From contig JAZKFH010000039.1 in assembly GCA_040386535.1 (NCBI GenBank), positions 92,474 to 156,473 on the forward strand: a stretch of 64,000 bases of DNA. The letters run 5' to 3'. Source of the stretch: Myxococcota bacterium. GTDB lineage: Bacteria; Myxococcota_A; UBA796; SXON01. Positions 49,123 to 61,744 of the stretch are shown here, piece by piece; positions within the stretch are counted from its first letter, which is position 1; every line of letters begins with the position of its first letter. The translations under genes were made by a program, and so were the position numbers. The notes below the pieces were generated by a model, which was given only the letters and a program-made list of their open reading frames with translations, made no database searches and had not been told where the DNA came from.

Positions 49123-49584
49123 GTGAACGAGCCCCACCACCTCCTGTTCGTGTGCACGGCGAACATCGCGCGGTCGCCGATGGCGGACGGCCTGGCCCGG
49201 CGCTACGCGGACGAGCGCCGCTGGCGCGTCGAGGTCAAGTCGGCGGGCACCCACGCGATCCCTGGCCAGCCGGCCGCGCCCAACTCGGTCAAGGCGGTCC
49301 GGGAGCTCGGGTTCGACCTGTCGGACCACCGCAGCCAACCGATGACCCAGGAGCTCGTCGACTGGGCGCACCGGATCGTGGTCATGGAGATGCGCCACGC
49401 GCAGGACGTGCGCGAGCGGTTCCCCTCCGCGGACGAGAAGGTGCAGCTCCTTGGCACGTTCGGGGGGCTCGTCGAGATCTCCGACCCGTACGGGAGCTGG
49501 ATCTTCACCTACCGCCGCCGTCGCGACGAGATCCGCGCGTGTGTGGAGGCGTTCATGGATCGCCTGCCGCCGCGTCCTCGGTAG
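49123..49584 (+). CDS. Low-molecular-weight protein (Tyr/Arg) phosphatase family protein
   Basis: P-loop FVCTANIARSPMA, SAGT, DLSDHRS, ISDPYG. Confidence 0.88.
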   Translation: MNEPHHLLFVCTANIARSPMADGLARRYADERRWRVEVKSAGTHAIPGQPAAPNSVKAVRELGFDLSDHRSQPMTQELVDWAHRIVVMEMRHAQDVRERFPSADEKVQLLGTFGGLVEISDPYGSWIFTYRRRRDEIRACVEAFMDRLPPRPR

Positions 49585-49607
49585 TTCGGGCGGTCAAGTA
49601 CGGTCGT

Positions 49608-50459
49608 TCAGTTCGGCGGCGCGCACGCGAGCACCTCGCCCGCGTCCGACGTGACGCGCGCGCACGCGTCGCACGACGCCACCCCTTCGAAGATGGCGGT
49701 GACGCCGTCGCCCAGGGTGGCCTCTCCCACGGCCTCGATGGGGCACGTGCTCTTCTGCGTCAGGGTGGTGCTCTCCACGAGCAGGCCGCCCGCTCCGCCG
49801 ATGTCGGCGGCCACGCCCACCACCCAGGCGCCCGCGGCCTGTTCGAGCGAGCCGGACACGGTCCAGGAGCGCCACGCGTCGAGCCGGGGGTCGTCGAGCG
49901 TGTGTTGGGCCTCGAAGTAGCCATCGACCTCGATGTGCAGGTTCAGGTCCAGGTGCGCGTCGACCGCGCCGTCCTCGGGCGCCGCGCGTTGCAGCGCCCC
50001 CACGATCCGCACCCGGTCGAACGCCGCGCCCTCCGTGTCGCCCACCACTTCGAGGTCGGCCTCCAGCCGGTAGTAGTCCACCCCGGCCTCCTCCCACTCG
50101 TGGGTGGAGAGCTCTCCGGTGAACTCGTAGCCGGAGGACGAGCGGCAGCCCCCGACGTGCGTCGTGACGCCATCGTCGATGCGCTCGATGGGGCACACCC
50201 CGCGATCCCGCACGGTGTCGGGCTCGAGGAGCGCCCACACCGCCATCGGCGTGTCCCACGCGGGATCCGCGCCGGCCGTCGCGTCGAAGACCGGGAGGAG
50301 CGCGTCGAGGGCGAGCCCGATCCCGTCCGCGTCGGACGGATCGAGCCCCGCGCCCGCCGTGAGCGGCGCGCCGAGGTCCGCGGAGGGGAGGGCGAACGGC
50401 AATCCGCTGGCGCCGTCGGGCTTGTCGGGCCCCGTGCAAGCGAGGAGGAACAGGAGCAT
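49608..50459 (-). CDS. Hypothetical lipoprotein
   Basis: Very short lipoprotein signal MLLFLLA-C; acidic composition; several Cys. Confidence 0.65.
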   Translation of the reverse strand: MLLFLLACTGPDKPDGASGLPFALPSADLGAPLTAGAGLDPSDADGIGLALDALLPVFDATAGADPAWDTPMAVWALLEPDTVRDRGVCPIERIDDGVTTHVGGCRSSSGYEFTGELSTHEWEEAGVDYYRLEADLEVVGDTEGAAFDRVRIVGALQRAAPEDGAVDAHLDLNLHIEVDGYFEAQHTLDDPRLDAWRSWTVSGSLEQAAGAWVVGVAADIGGAGGLLVESTTLTQKSTCPIEAVGEATLGDGVTAIFEGVASCDACARVTSDAGEVLACAPPN

Positions 50460-50542
50460 CGCGGGAGTCTACCTTGGCCGGCCCGTCCCGCTTGCGCCCA
50501 ACCTCGACCTCCGCTAATCCGGCCTCCCTTCCAGGAGCTCCC

Positions 50543-51124
<582 letters not shown>

Positions 51125-51251
51125 AGGCCCTTGGGGGGAACCAGCGGGGGCCCCGGCTGCGGTTCTCGTCGCCGGGTCGGCGGTCGGTCCCGACGTGTGC
51201 GCGGATCCGAACGCGCTTCGCGTTACACTCGCCCCCTTCCGGGAGCCTGCC

Positions 51252-52115
51252 TTGTCCACCGAGATGGACGCGCTTGTCGAGCGCATCGCCGCCCGCGTAC
51301 GCCAGGAGATGCTGTCCACCGAGCAGAAGCGGCTGGTTCCCCCCCTGCCCGAGCTTCGTGGCACCTGGCAGGACGGGTCCGCCCTCCACCTCCAGGTCGG
51401 TGACGTCGATCGTGTCGGCACCGACGGAACCGTCGGCGTGGTCGGGGCCCCGGGCACCGTCGCCAAGCTCATCGATCACACCCTGCTCAAGCCCGACGCG
51501 ACCCGCGCCGAGCTGGTCAAGTTGTGCGAGGAGGCGCGTACCCACCGCTTCGCGTCGGTGTGCATCAACACCACGTGGGTCACCCTCTGCGTCGAGCTCC
51601 TCAAGGGCAGCGGCGTGATGACCATCTGCGTGGTCGGCTTCCCCCTCGGCGCGGCCACGTCCCGCGCCAAGGCCGCCGAAACGCGCGAGGCCATCGCCAA
51701 CGGCGCCGCCGAGATCGACATGGTGGTCAACCTCGGGTTCCTCAAGAGCGGCGAGCACGACAAGGTGTTCGACGACATCCGCGCCGTGGTCGACGCCGCG
51801 TCCGGCCGCCCGGTCAAGGTCATCCTCGAGACCCACCTGCTCACCCGCGAGCAGAAGATCGCGGCCTGCGCGATCAGCCGCGCCGCGGGCGCCGCGTTCG
51901 TCAAGACCTCCACGGGGTTCTCGGGCGGCGGCGCCACCGTCGACGACATCAAGCTCATGCGCCAGGTCGTGGGGCCGGAGATGGGCGTCAAGGCCTCGGG
52001 CGGCGTCCGCACAGCCGAGGACGCACGCAACATGGTCGCCGCTGGCGCCACCCGCCTCGGGGCGAGCGCGAGCGTCGCCATCGTCACCGGCGGTGTCGGC
52101 AAGGGCGCGTACTGA
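51252..52115 (+). CDS. deoC: Deoxyribose-phosphate aldolase with an N-terminal extension of about 65 aa
   Basis: [47 protein letters not shown] 51252 follows GGGAG; alternative start ATG 51264. Confidence 0.95.
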   Translation: MSTEMDALVERIAARVRQEMLSTEQKRLVPPLPELRGTWQDGSALHLQVGDVDRVGTDGTVGVVGAPGTVAKLIDHTLLKPDATRAELVKLCEEARTHRFASVCINTTWVTLCVELLKGSGVMTICVVGFPLGAATSRAKAAETREAIANGAAEIDMVVNLGFLKSGEHDKVFDDIRAVVDAASGRPVKVILETHLLTREQKIAACAISRAAGAAFVKTSTGFSGGGATVDDIKLMRQVVGPEMGVKASGGVRTAEDARNMVAAGATRLGASASVAIVTGGVGKGAY

Positions 52116-53313
52116 TGGCGCGCGTCACCCTGATCGTGGCCGACTCCCTCGGCGTCGGCGAGCTGCCCGACGCCGCGGCCTGGGGTGACGCCGGCGCCGA
52201 CACCCTCGGCCACCTCGCGGCCGCCCGCGTCGCGACGGGCAGCCCCCTCGTCCTCCCGAACCTCACCCGCCTCGGCCTCGCCTCGATCCGCCCCATCCCC
52301 GGCGTCACGGCGCCCGCGGTGGTCGAGGGCGCCTACGGCCGCATGGCGACCGCGGGAGACGGCAAGGACACCATCGCCGGGCACTGGGAGCTCGCCGGGT
52401 GCCGCGTCGGCGAGCGCTTCCAGACCTACTACGACGGCTTCCCCGACGCGCTGATGGAGGCGTTCACCGCGCGCACCGGCGTCGGTTGGCTCGGCAATGT
52501 CGCCGCCTCCGGGACCGAGATCATCGAGCGCCTCGGCGCCGAGCACGTCGCGACCGGCAAGGTCATCGTCTACACCAGCGCGGACAGCGTGTTCCAGGTC
52601 GCGGCGCACGAGAGCGTCGTGCCCGTGGCCGACCTGTTGCGCTTGTGCCAGGAGGCCTTCGAGGTGGTCCGCGCCTGGGGCATCGCGCGGGTCATCGCGC
52701 GCCCGTTCGTGGACGCGCCTGCCGGAGCGGCGTCCCGCTTCGTCCGCACCGAGAACCGCCGCGACTTCGCCCTCCAGCCGCCGCGTGACACGCTGATGGA
52801 CCGCCTGCTCGCGAAGGCGGTCCCCACCACGTCGATCGGCAAGATCCAGAGCATCTACGGCGATCGTGGGTTCACCAAGGCGGTCAAGGCGGGGAACAAC
52901 GCCACGATCACCCAGGCCATCCTCGACACGCTCGACACCCAGCCCGACGGCTTCATCTTCGCCAACCTCGTCGACTTCGACATGTTGTACGGCCACCGCC
53001 GCGATCCCCTCGGCTACGCCCGGGCGCTCGAGGCGCTCGACGCGCGGGTCCCCGAGCTCCTCGCCCGCCTCGGCCCGGACGATCTGCTGCTCGTCACCGC
53101 GGACCACGGCAACGACCCGACCTTCCCCGGCTCTGACCACACCCGCGAATACGTGCCCGTCCTGGCGTGGCGACAGGGGATCGGCGCGGTCGACCTCGGC
53201 ACGCGCACCACGCTTGCCGATTGTGGCGCGACCGCCGGCGAGTGGCTCGGCGTCGAGTGCCCCGAGGGCCGGTCCTTCGTCGATGCCCTCAACGACGGCG
53301 TGAAGGAGTCCCT

Positions 53314-53317
<4 letters not shown>
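52115..53317 (+). CDS. deoB: Phosphopentomutase
   Basis: DSLGVGELPDA, GKDTIAGHWE, YTSADSVFQ, RVIARPF, NLVDFDMLYGHRRD, TADHGNDP, DHTRE. Confidence 0.96.
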
Positions 53318-54563
<1,246 letters not shown>

Positions 54564-54567
<4 letters not shown>

Positions 54568-56042
54568 TTCCCTTGATCCTCGTCGGGTTCGCATCGGCGG
54601 CCACCACGCCGCCGGTGGCCCACGTCCTCTCCGACCCGCTGCTCCCCCAGAAGTACCGGAGCGTGCCGCCGGGCACCTATCCGTGCAGCGTCGTCATCCT
54701 CGTGAGCGCTGCCGGCAAGGCGACGGACGTGAAACCCGTCGAGTGTGACGAGGAGGCCTTCTGGGCCCTCGCCACGGCGATCACCACCTGGGAGTTCGAG
54801 CCCGCCACGACCGACGGCGTCGCGGTCGACGGCGAGCTGCCCTACACCTCGGAGTTCGAGGTCCGCACGCTCCTCCCGCGCAAACACGTCGTGGGCTTCG
54901 CGGGCGTGGCGGTGTCGACCGGAGGGGCCGGCTGGTACGGCGCCGAGGGGCGCATCCACCTCGGCGAGCAGCTCTCGGTCTCGGCCGGCGTCGATATGGA
55001 CCTCGACATCCTCGAAGGAACACTCCAGTCGGTGTGGGTCCCCAACATCCGCGCGGACGTGACGCTCTCCACCCCGCGGCGCCACCATGAGCACCGCGGC
55101 ATCTACGGCCTCACGATCGGCGGCTTCGGCGACACCCTCGGCTCCGCCGGCGGCTACGCGGGCTTCCGCGGCGAGCTGATGACCGGGATCCCCGGCCTGT
55201 CCGTCGGCGGCGACGCGGGCGTTTCCGTGCTCTTCACGGATCCGCCCACCTTCGACGACGTGGGGTTCTTCCCCAAGCTCGGCCAGAGCCCGATCTACCC
55301 TTGGCTGCGCGCGTCCCTCATCTGGTACGCGCCGATCCCGCGGGATCGGTTCGTGGTCATCCCGCGCGAGCAGGATCCCACCGTGTTCGTGCCGGTGCCC
55401 CCGGTCGACGTTCCCATCGAGGACACGGACGGCGCCGCCTTCCCCGGCGTCCGCGCGGTGCACTGGTCGGAGATCGAGCCGTCCCTGGGCGACACCACGC
55501 CGACCGGCCCGGGCTTCGACCTGTACCCGCCGGGCACCTACACCTGCAACGTGCGCGTGGTCGTCGGGACCGACGGGCGCGCCGCCAAGATCCGCGTGGA
55601 GAAGTGTCCGAAGGCCGGCCGCGCGGACGCCGAGCAGACCGTTCGGAGCTGGGTGTGGGAGGATCTCCCCGAGCGTGAAGTGCAGGCGGTGTTCCCGGCG
55701 CCGATCTTCGTGCGTCGCGACGACGCCGACGCGGTCCGTACCCAGTCCGTGCTCCTCCTCGTCGACGGGCAGTCCAAGCCCCTGCCGCCCTTCGCCGGCA
55801 ACCCGGGCGTCTACGTGAACCGCCTCGTCCCCCCCGAGTGGACGATGGAGCGCCCCACACGGGCGTGCTTCGTCGACGTCGATCTCGACGCCAAGGGCAC
55901 CCTGCTCGCGTCCAACTGGGTCCAGGGCGACATCGAGGTGATGCCGCGCGTGATGGAGGCGCTCGCGCAGTGGAGCTTCTTCCCGGTCGCGATCGACGGA
56001 GAGCTCACGCCGGTCCGCGTGCGGCTGTCGATGTGCGACTGA
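54564..56042 (+). CDS. Exported protein with three TonB-C-terminal-like domains and a central beta-strand region
   Basis: Signal peptide MIPLILVGFASA; three segments of the form C-V-V-V-xxG...A-xxx-W-F/W-P; coupled to deoA by ATGA. Confidence 0.55.
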
Positions 56043-56055
56043 CCCGGTCCTCGGC

Positions 56056-57366
56056 GTGAACGTCGTCTCCCTGTTCGGGCTCCTCGGGCTCGTGGGGATC
56101 GCCTGGATCCTCTCCACCGATCGGCGCCGGTTCCCGGTGCGGGTCGTGGTGTGGGGCCTCGCGCTGCAGATCCTCTTCGGGCTCGTGGTCCTCTCGCCCG
56201 CGGCTCAGGACTTCTTCTTCGCGGGCGTCGACGCGGGCGTCCGCAAGCTGCTCTCCTTCTCGGAGCAGGGCGCCACCTTCGTCTTCGCCTCCTTCGTGCC
56301 CCACCAGATCACGAACGCGGACGGGGTCCCGGCGATGGTCCAGGGCGTCTCCCCGCCGCTCAAGACCTTCGCGTTCTGGGTGCTGCCGAGCATCGTGTTC
56401 TTCTCGACGTTGATGGCGATCAGCTACCACCTCGGCATCATGCAGGTGCTCGTGCGCGGCATGGCCTGGCTGATGCAACGCACGATGGGGACGAGCGGCG
56501 CGGAGACCTTGTCCACGGCCGCGAACGTGTTCCTCGGACAGACCGAGGCGCCGCTGCTGGTCCGGCCCTTCGTGGCCCGCATGACGCGCAGCGAGCTGTT
56601 CTGCGTGATGCTCGGGGGCTTCGCCAACACGGCCGGGGGCGTGCTCGCGGCCTATGTCGGCTTCCTCTCGCACATCCCCGGGATCGCCGGGCACCTCGTC
56701 ACGAGCTCGATCCTCTCGGCCCCGGCCACGCTGGTGATCGCGAAGGTCATGATGCCGGAGACCGGCACGCCCGACACCGCCGGCACGCTCCGCTGGACCG
56801 ACGAGCGCCCCGATCGCAACGTGATGGAGGCCGCGGCGCGCGGGGCCACCGAGGGCATGACGCTGGCGATCAACGTCGCCGCGATGCTCATCGCGTTCGT
56901 CGGGCTCATGGCGGCGATGGACTGGATCTTCTCGCTCGCCCCCGTCTCGTTCTGCGAAAACGGCGTGGTCTACGGCTGGCAGGAGGGGTGCGGCTCCCTC
57001 TCGCTTTCTCGTGTCCTCGGATGGGTCTTCACCCCCATCGCGTTGCTCTTGGGGGTAGACCTTTCCGAGGCATCGACGGTGGGCATGCTCCTGGGGGAGA
57101 AGCTCGTACTGACCGAGTTCGTCGCCTATATTCACCTGGGGGAGATCATGGCCGGGCCCACGCCGCTGTCGCCTCGCGCCGCCATCATCGCGAGCTACGC
57201 CCTGTGTGGTTTCGCGAACTTCGCGTCGGTCGGGATCCAGCTCGGCGGCATCGGGGGGATGGCGCCCGGCCGCATGGGTGACCTCGCCGAGCTGGGCCTA
57301 AGAGCCATGATCGGCGGATCGCTCGCAACCTTCATGACCGCCTGCATCGCCGGCGCGTTGCTCTGA
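56056..57366 (+). CDS. nupC: CNT-family Na+/H+ nucleoside transporter
   Basis: FAFWVLPSIVFFS, GTSGAET, NVFLGQTEAP, NVAAMLIAF, EFVAY, ALCGFANFASVGI. Confidence 0.93.
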   Translation: MNVVSLFGLLGLVGIAWILSTDRRRFPVRVVVWGLALQILFGLVVLSPAAQDFFFAGVDAGVRKLLSFSEQGATFVFASFVPHQITNADGVPAMVQGVSPPLKTFAFWVLPSIVFFSTLMAISYHLGIMQVLVRGMAWLMQRTMGTSGAETLSTAANVFLGQTEAPLLVRPFVARMTRSELFCVMLGGFANTAGGVLAAYVGFLSHIPGIAGHLVTSSILSAPATLVIAKVMMPETGTPDTAGTLRWTDERPDRNVMEAAARGATEGMTLAINVAAMLIAFVGLMAAMDWIFSLAPVSFCENGVVYGWQEGCGSLSLSRVLGWVFTPIALLLGVDLSEASTVGMLLGEKLVLTEFVAYIHLGEIMAGPTPLSPRAAIIASYALCGFANFASVGIQLGGIGGMAPGRMGDLAELGLRAMIGGSLATFMTACIAGALL

Positions 57367-57376
57367 ACGAGGAGAG

Positions 57377-58045
57377 ATGGAGTTCGCCCAGTTCCACAGC
57401 TTCGAGCCCCGCACCGCCGACTCCGTCGTGGCGGATCTGCGCGGCGTCCTCCGGCCCGCGCACCTGCACCGGCGCGCCGAGATCGGCATCACCGTGGTCG
57501 GGCCGTGGCGCCCGGCCGACCTCTGGGTCGACGGGATCGAGCGCCTCGTCTGGAGCGTGGGGATCGAGTCCCGCGGCGGGCCGATCCTCTCCGAGGTCGG
57601 GGAGACCGAGCTCGGGCGCGGAGGCCTCGCGCGTCGCCAGGCGCCCATCCACCCCGTCGAGGCGCTCGCGCTCCGCGCGGGGGAGGGGCTCGTGGTCATC
57701 CACTCGGATGCCGCTCACCTCGCGTACGTCGCGGTCTACCGGCACCGGCGCCTCGCCTGGAGCCTGATGCTGCAGGACCGGGTGCGCCTCGTCCGGTGCG
57801 ACGGGCAGGTGGTCCAGGTGGCCGAGCCGCCGCGGTTCGTACCCGAGGGGGACCGCGCGGGCGTGCTCCTCGCGGGCCTCCACCAGTGGCTCCGCGAGCC
57901 CATCTCGATCGAGGACACCGATCGCCTCGTGCTCGCCGACACGCTCGGAATGCTCACCCACGACGCCGAGCCGACCTGGATCGTTCGCGACGGCACCTGG
58001 GGCGATCCCCCCGCCGAGCCCGGCGCCGCGCGGGCGTCCGGCTGA
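57377..58045 (+). CDS. Hypothetical protein
   Basis: 222-aa ORF with a strong GAGGAG RBS and GC-typical codon usage. Confidence 0.65.
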   Translation: MEFAQFHSFEPRTADSVVADLRGVLRPAHLHRRAEIGITVVGPWRPADLWVDGIERLVWSVGIESRGGPILSEVGETELGRGGLARRQAPIHPVEALALRAGEGLVVIHSDAAHLAYVAVYRHRRLAWSLMLQDRVRLVRCDGQVVQVAEPPRFVPEGDRAGVLLAGLHQWLREPISIEDTDRLVLADTLGMLTHDAEPTWIVRDGTWGDPPAEPGAARASG

Positions 58046-58114
58046 CCCGGTCGGGCTAGGAAGATGCGGATGCCCCTTGCCGAAGAGGACAAGCTGGCCT
58101 AGGCCTGTGCCCCG

Positions 58115-61100
58115 ATGCGTATCCGCTCGCTCGAACTGCAGGGCTTCAAGTCCTTCGCCGACCGTGCGGTGTTCCGCTTCGGGCCCGGGATCTCGGGCGT
58201 CGTAGGCCCGAATGGCTGCGGAAAGTCGAACGTGATCGACGCCGTGAAGTGGTGCATCGGCGAGCAGAGCGCCAAGAGCCTCCGCGGCGACTCGATGGCG
58301 GACGTGATCTTCGCCGGCTCGTCGACGCGCCAGCCGGTCGGCTTCGCCGAGGTCACGCTCACCTTCGAGGCGGGCGCTGAGCCCTTCCCCGGCATCTGGG
58401 CCCGCTTCGCGGAGCTCGGCGTCTCCCGCCGGCTCTACCGCACCGGCCACTCCGAGTACCTGGTCAACCAGGAGCGCGTGCGCCTCCGGGACATCCAAGA
58501 GCTGTTCATGGACACGGGGGTGGGCAACCAGCTCTACTCCGTCATCGAGCAGGGCCGCATCGGGCAGATCGTGCATGCCCGCCCGGAGCAGCGCCGCCTG
58601 CTCATCGAGGAGGCCGCCGGCATCTCCCGGTACAAGGCGCGCCGCGAAGAGACGATGGAGAAGCTCGCGACGACGCGCACCGCGCTCGAGCGTGTGGCCG
58701 ACCTCGCCGAGGAGATGGGGCGCCAGCTCCGATCGGCCGAGCGGCAGGTCCAGCGCATCGGCCGCTGGCGCATGTTGCAGGCCCGCCTGCGCCAGCAGGA
58801 GATCCTCGTCTCGATGGCGCGCTGCTCCGGCCTCGTCGGCGACCGCAAGGCGTTGGCCGAGCAGGTCCGCACGCACGAGGCGGAGACGGGGGAGGGGAAC
58901 CGCGCCGTCGAGCGGCACGAGAACGAGCTCGCGGAGCGGCGGAAGGGGCAGGAGGCCCTCGACGAGGAAGCCGGGCGGGTGCGAGACCGCCTCGCCGAGG
59001 TGGAGGCGCAGCGGCGGGTCGAGGAGAGCGCGGCCGTGTACCAGGCGCGCGAGTCGGCCGGCGGGAAGGACCGCCTGACGCGCCTCGCGGCCGACCTCGC
59101 CGAGCTCCGCACCGAGCGGGACACGGCGGGCGCCGAGGCCGTGCACCAGGGCGCGGCGCGCGAGCACGGCGAGCGGGAGCTGAAGCGCAGCCGGGAGGCC
59201 CTCGAAGGGGCGACCGAGCGGGCGCGGGTGGCGGGCGAGACCTTGCGCGTCACCCGGGAGGAGCTCGAGCGGGCGCGGCGCGGCGCGATGGAGGCCTTCG
59301 AGGCCGCGGTCCGGGCGCGCGCGGCGGTGGGGGCGATCCAGGGGCGGCGCCGGGATCTCGCGGTGCGGGAGGAGCGCAATCGTGGGCAGCTCGCGGCCGC
59401 GGGCGCGTCGAACAGCCACGTCACGGAGGAGATCGGGCGCATCTCGATGCAGTTCGCCGAGGCCGAGGCGCTCGTCGCGGCCGCGCGCCAACAGGTCGAG
59501 GCCGGGCGGGCGGCGATCGCCGGCGCCGAAGCCGAGCGGGACGCGACGAACCGCGAGCAGAAGCGGATCGACGGCCTCCTCACCGACGCCACGCGCGAGC
59601 GCGAGCGCGTCAAGGTGCGCCTCGACACCTTGGAGGATCTGCAGCGCAAGAACGCCGACGTGCCCGACGGGCTCAAGGGTGTCCTCACCGTGCCGGGCGT
59701 CGTCGGGCTCCTCGCCTCCCAGCTCGACGTCCCCGAGGCCCTGGAGACCCTGCTCGCCCGCGCCCTCGACGGCGCCCTCGAGAGCGCGCTCGTCCCCGAT
59801 CTCGACGTGGCGGGCCGCGCGGCCGCGACGGCCAAGGGTGGCCGCGCCCGGCTGCTCGTCGTGCCGTCGTCCCCGCCCTCGCCGGAGGGCCTCGCCGCCG
59901 AGGTCGGCGGCACCCCGTCGGGCCGCGCCGCCCTCGCGGCCCTGCTCCCGCATTGTCAGGTCGTCGGCACCCTCGGCGAGGCCCTCGCCGCCTGGCGCCC
60001 CGGCCTCCGTGTCGTCACGCGAGACGGCGCGCTCCTGCGCGAGGACGGGCTGGTGCTCCTCGGGGCCGACGCCGGCACCGGCACCGCCGCGCTCAAGCGC
60101 CGCCGCGAGATCGCCGCGCTCCAGGTCACCATGGCCGAGGCGGACGGCGCGGTCGCCCGGCGCCGCGAGGAGCTCGAAGCCGCGCGGGGAGCGGTCCGCG
60201 CCGCGGAGGGGGCCGTGGCGTCGCGATCGGCGGCGATCGAAGCGGCCCGCGGAGACCTGCGGAGCCGGGAGAACGCCGTCGCCGAGGTGCGTCACCGCCT
60301 CCGTGAGCAGGAGGCCGAGCGCCTCCGCGCCACCCGCGCCGCCGAGGCGCTCGCCAACGAGGGCGCCGCTATCGTCCGCGACCGCGAGGCGCTCGACCGC
60401 GAGGAGCAGCGCGCCGCCGAGGGCCTGTTGGCCGCCGAGGGCCGTCAGGGCGCGGCGGAGGAGGCCCAGCGCTCGCGACAAGGTGCCCTCGAAGGGCTCG
60501 AGCCGGCGCTCGCCCAGGCGCAGGACCAGGCCCAGCGCCTCCGCATCGAGAACGCCAACTGGCAGAAGGACCTGCTCGCCGCGCAGACAGCCGAGCGCAC
60601 CGCGCGCGAGCGGGCCGAACGTGCGGGGAGCCGCGCCACCCAGGTCGACCGCGAGCGGACGGACCTCGACGCCCGGTTGCTCCAGCTTGGGCTCGACGCC
60701 GAGGCCACCACGGCCAAGCTGCAGGCGCTCGGCGAGGAGCAGGGGCGCGTGCGCGAAGCGCTGGAGCAGCTCCGGGAGCGCGGCAAGATCGAGCGCGAGA
60801 AGGTGCGCGCGAGCGAGGCCGCCACACGCGCCGCGCGGGACCGGCGCGACATCGCCAAGGAGAAGCTGGTGCGTGCGGAAGGGGAGCTCGCGCGGGTGCG
60901 CGGCGAGCTCGATCGCCTCAAGGAGGAGGCCGAGCAGCGCCACGGCCTCTCGCTCCTCGGGCTGCTCGACCGCCTCGATCGCGACGGGCAGGTGCTCCTG
61001 GAGGGGTGGAGCCCGGAGGGGATGCCGCCCGGGCTCGCGGCCGAGCCGGTCCCGGTGCTCCGGGTCACCGACGCCGAGCTCGAAGGGGATCTGTCCGCCC

Positions 61101-61735
61101 GCATCACGGCGCTCGAAGCGCTCCGCGAGGCGTTCGCCAAGGTGGGCGAGATCAACCCCGAGGCCCTCGACGAGTACCAGGAGGCCTCCGCGCGCCACGC
61201 CGAGCTCGAGACCCAGCGCGCCGATCTCGCCGAGGCGATGGACATCATCGAGAAGGCGATCGCCAAGATCAATCGTACTTGCCGCGAGCGCTTCCGCGAG
61301 ACCTTCGACCTGGTCGCCGAACACTTCGGCATCAACTACCCGCGCCTCGTGGGCGGCGGCTCCGGCCGGCTCGTCCTCACGGACGAGGAGGATCTCCTCA
61401 CCTGCGGCGTCGAGCTCCAGGTGCAGCCACCCGGGAAGCGCGTGCAGAACCTTTCCCTGCTCTCGGGCGGAGAAAAGGCGATGGCCGCGATCGCGCTCAT
61501 CTTCTCGCTCTTCCGCGTGAAGCCGTCGCCCTTCTGCCTGCTCGACGAGGTCGACGCCCCGCTCGACGAGGGCAACGGCGCGCGCTTCAACGACATGTTG
61601 CGCGACATGAGCCAGGCGTCGCAGTTCATCGTGATCACGCACAACAAGAAGACCATGGAGTGCGCCGACGTGCTCTACGGTGTCACGATGCCGGAGCCGG
61701 GCACCTCCCGGCTCGTCACCGTGAAGATCGACTGA
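58115..61735 (+). CDS. smc: Chromosome segregation protein SMC
   Basis: GFKSF, GPNGCGKSN, EEAAGI, coiled coils with central hinge, LSGGEK, LLDEVDAPLD, ITHN. Confidence 0.97.
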   Translation: MRIRSLELQGFKSFADRAVFRFGPGISGVVGPNGCGKSNVIDAVKWCIGEQSAKSLRGDSMADVIFAGSSTRQPVGFAEVTLTFEAGAEPFPGIWARFAELGVSRRLYRTGHSEYLVNQERVRLRDIQELFMDTGVGNQLYSVIEQGRIGQIVHARPEQRRLLIEEAAGISRYKARREETMEKLATTRTALERVADLAEEMGRQLRSAERQVQRIGRWRMLQARLRQQEILVSMARCSGLVGDRKALAEQVRTHEAETGEGNRAVERHENELAERRKGQEALDEEAGRVRDRLAEVEAQRRVEESAAVYQARESAGGKDRLTRLAADLAELRTERDTAGAEAVHQGAAREHGERELKRSREALEGATERARVAGETLRVTREELERARRGAMEAFEAAVRARAAVGAIQGRRRDLAVREERNRGQLAAAGASNSHVTEEIGRISMQFAEAEALVAAARQQVEAGRAAIAGAEAERDATNREQKRIDGLLTDATRERERVKVRLDTLEDLQRKNADVPDGLKGVLTVPGVVGLLASQLDVPEALETLLARALDGALESALVPDLDVAGRAAATAKGGRARLLVVPSSPPSPEGLAAEVGGTPSGRAALAALLPHCQVVGTLGEALAAWRPGLRVVTRDGALLREDGLVLLGADAGTGTAALKRRREIAALQVTMAEADGAVARRREELEAARGAVRAAEGAVASRSAAIEAARGDLRSRENAVAEVRHRLREQEAERLRATRAAEALANEGAAIVRDREALDREEQRAAEGLLAAEGRQGAAEEAQRSRQGALEGLEPALAQAQDQAQRLRIENANWQKDLLAAQTAERTARERAERAGSRATQVDRERTDLDARLLQLGLDAEATTAKLQALGEEQGRVREALEQLRERGKIEREKVRASEAATRAARDRRDIAKEKLVRAEGELARVRGELDRLKEEAEQRHGLSLLGLLDRLDRDGQVLLEGWSPEGMPPGLAAEPVPVLRVTDAELEGDLSARITALEALREAFAKVGEINPEALDEYQEASARHAELETQRADLAEAMDIIEKAIAKINRTCRERFRETFDLVAEHFGINYPRLVGGGSGRLVLTDEEDLLTCGVELQVQPPGKRVQNLSLLSGGEKAMAAIALIFSLFRVKPSPFCLLDEVDAPLDEGNGARFNDMLRDMSQASQFIVITHNKKTMECADVLYGVTMPEPGTSRLVTVKID

Positions 61736-61744
61736 GGGGGACCG

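Noticed and set aside
51138..51167. GC-rich hairpin after the cyclophilin gene
   Set aside because: Imperfect stem without a U-tract; not enough support to call a terminator.
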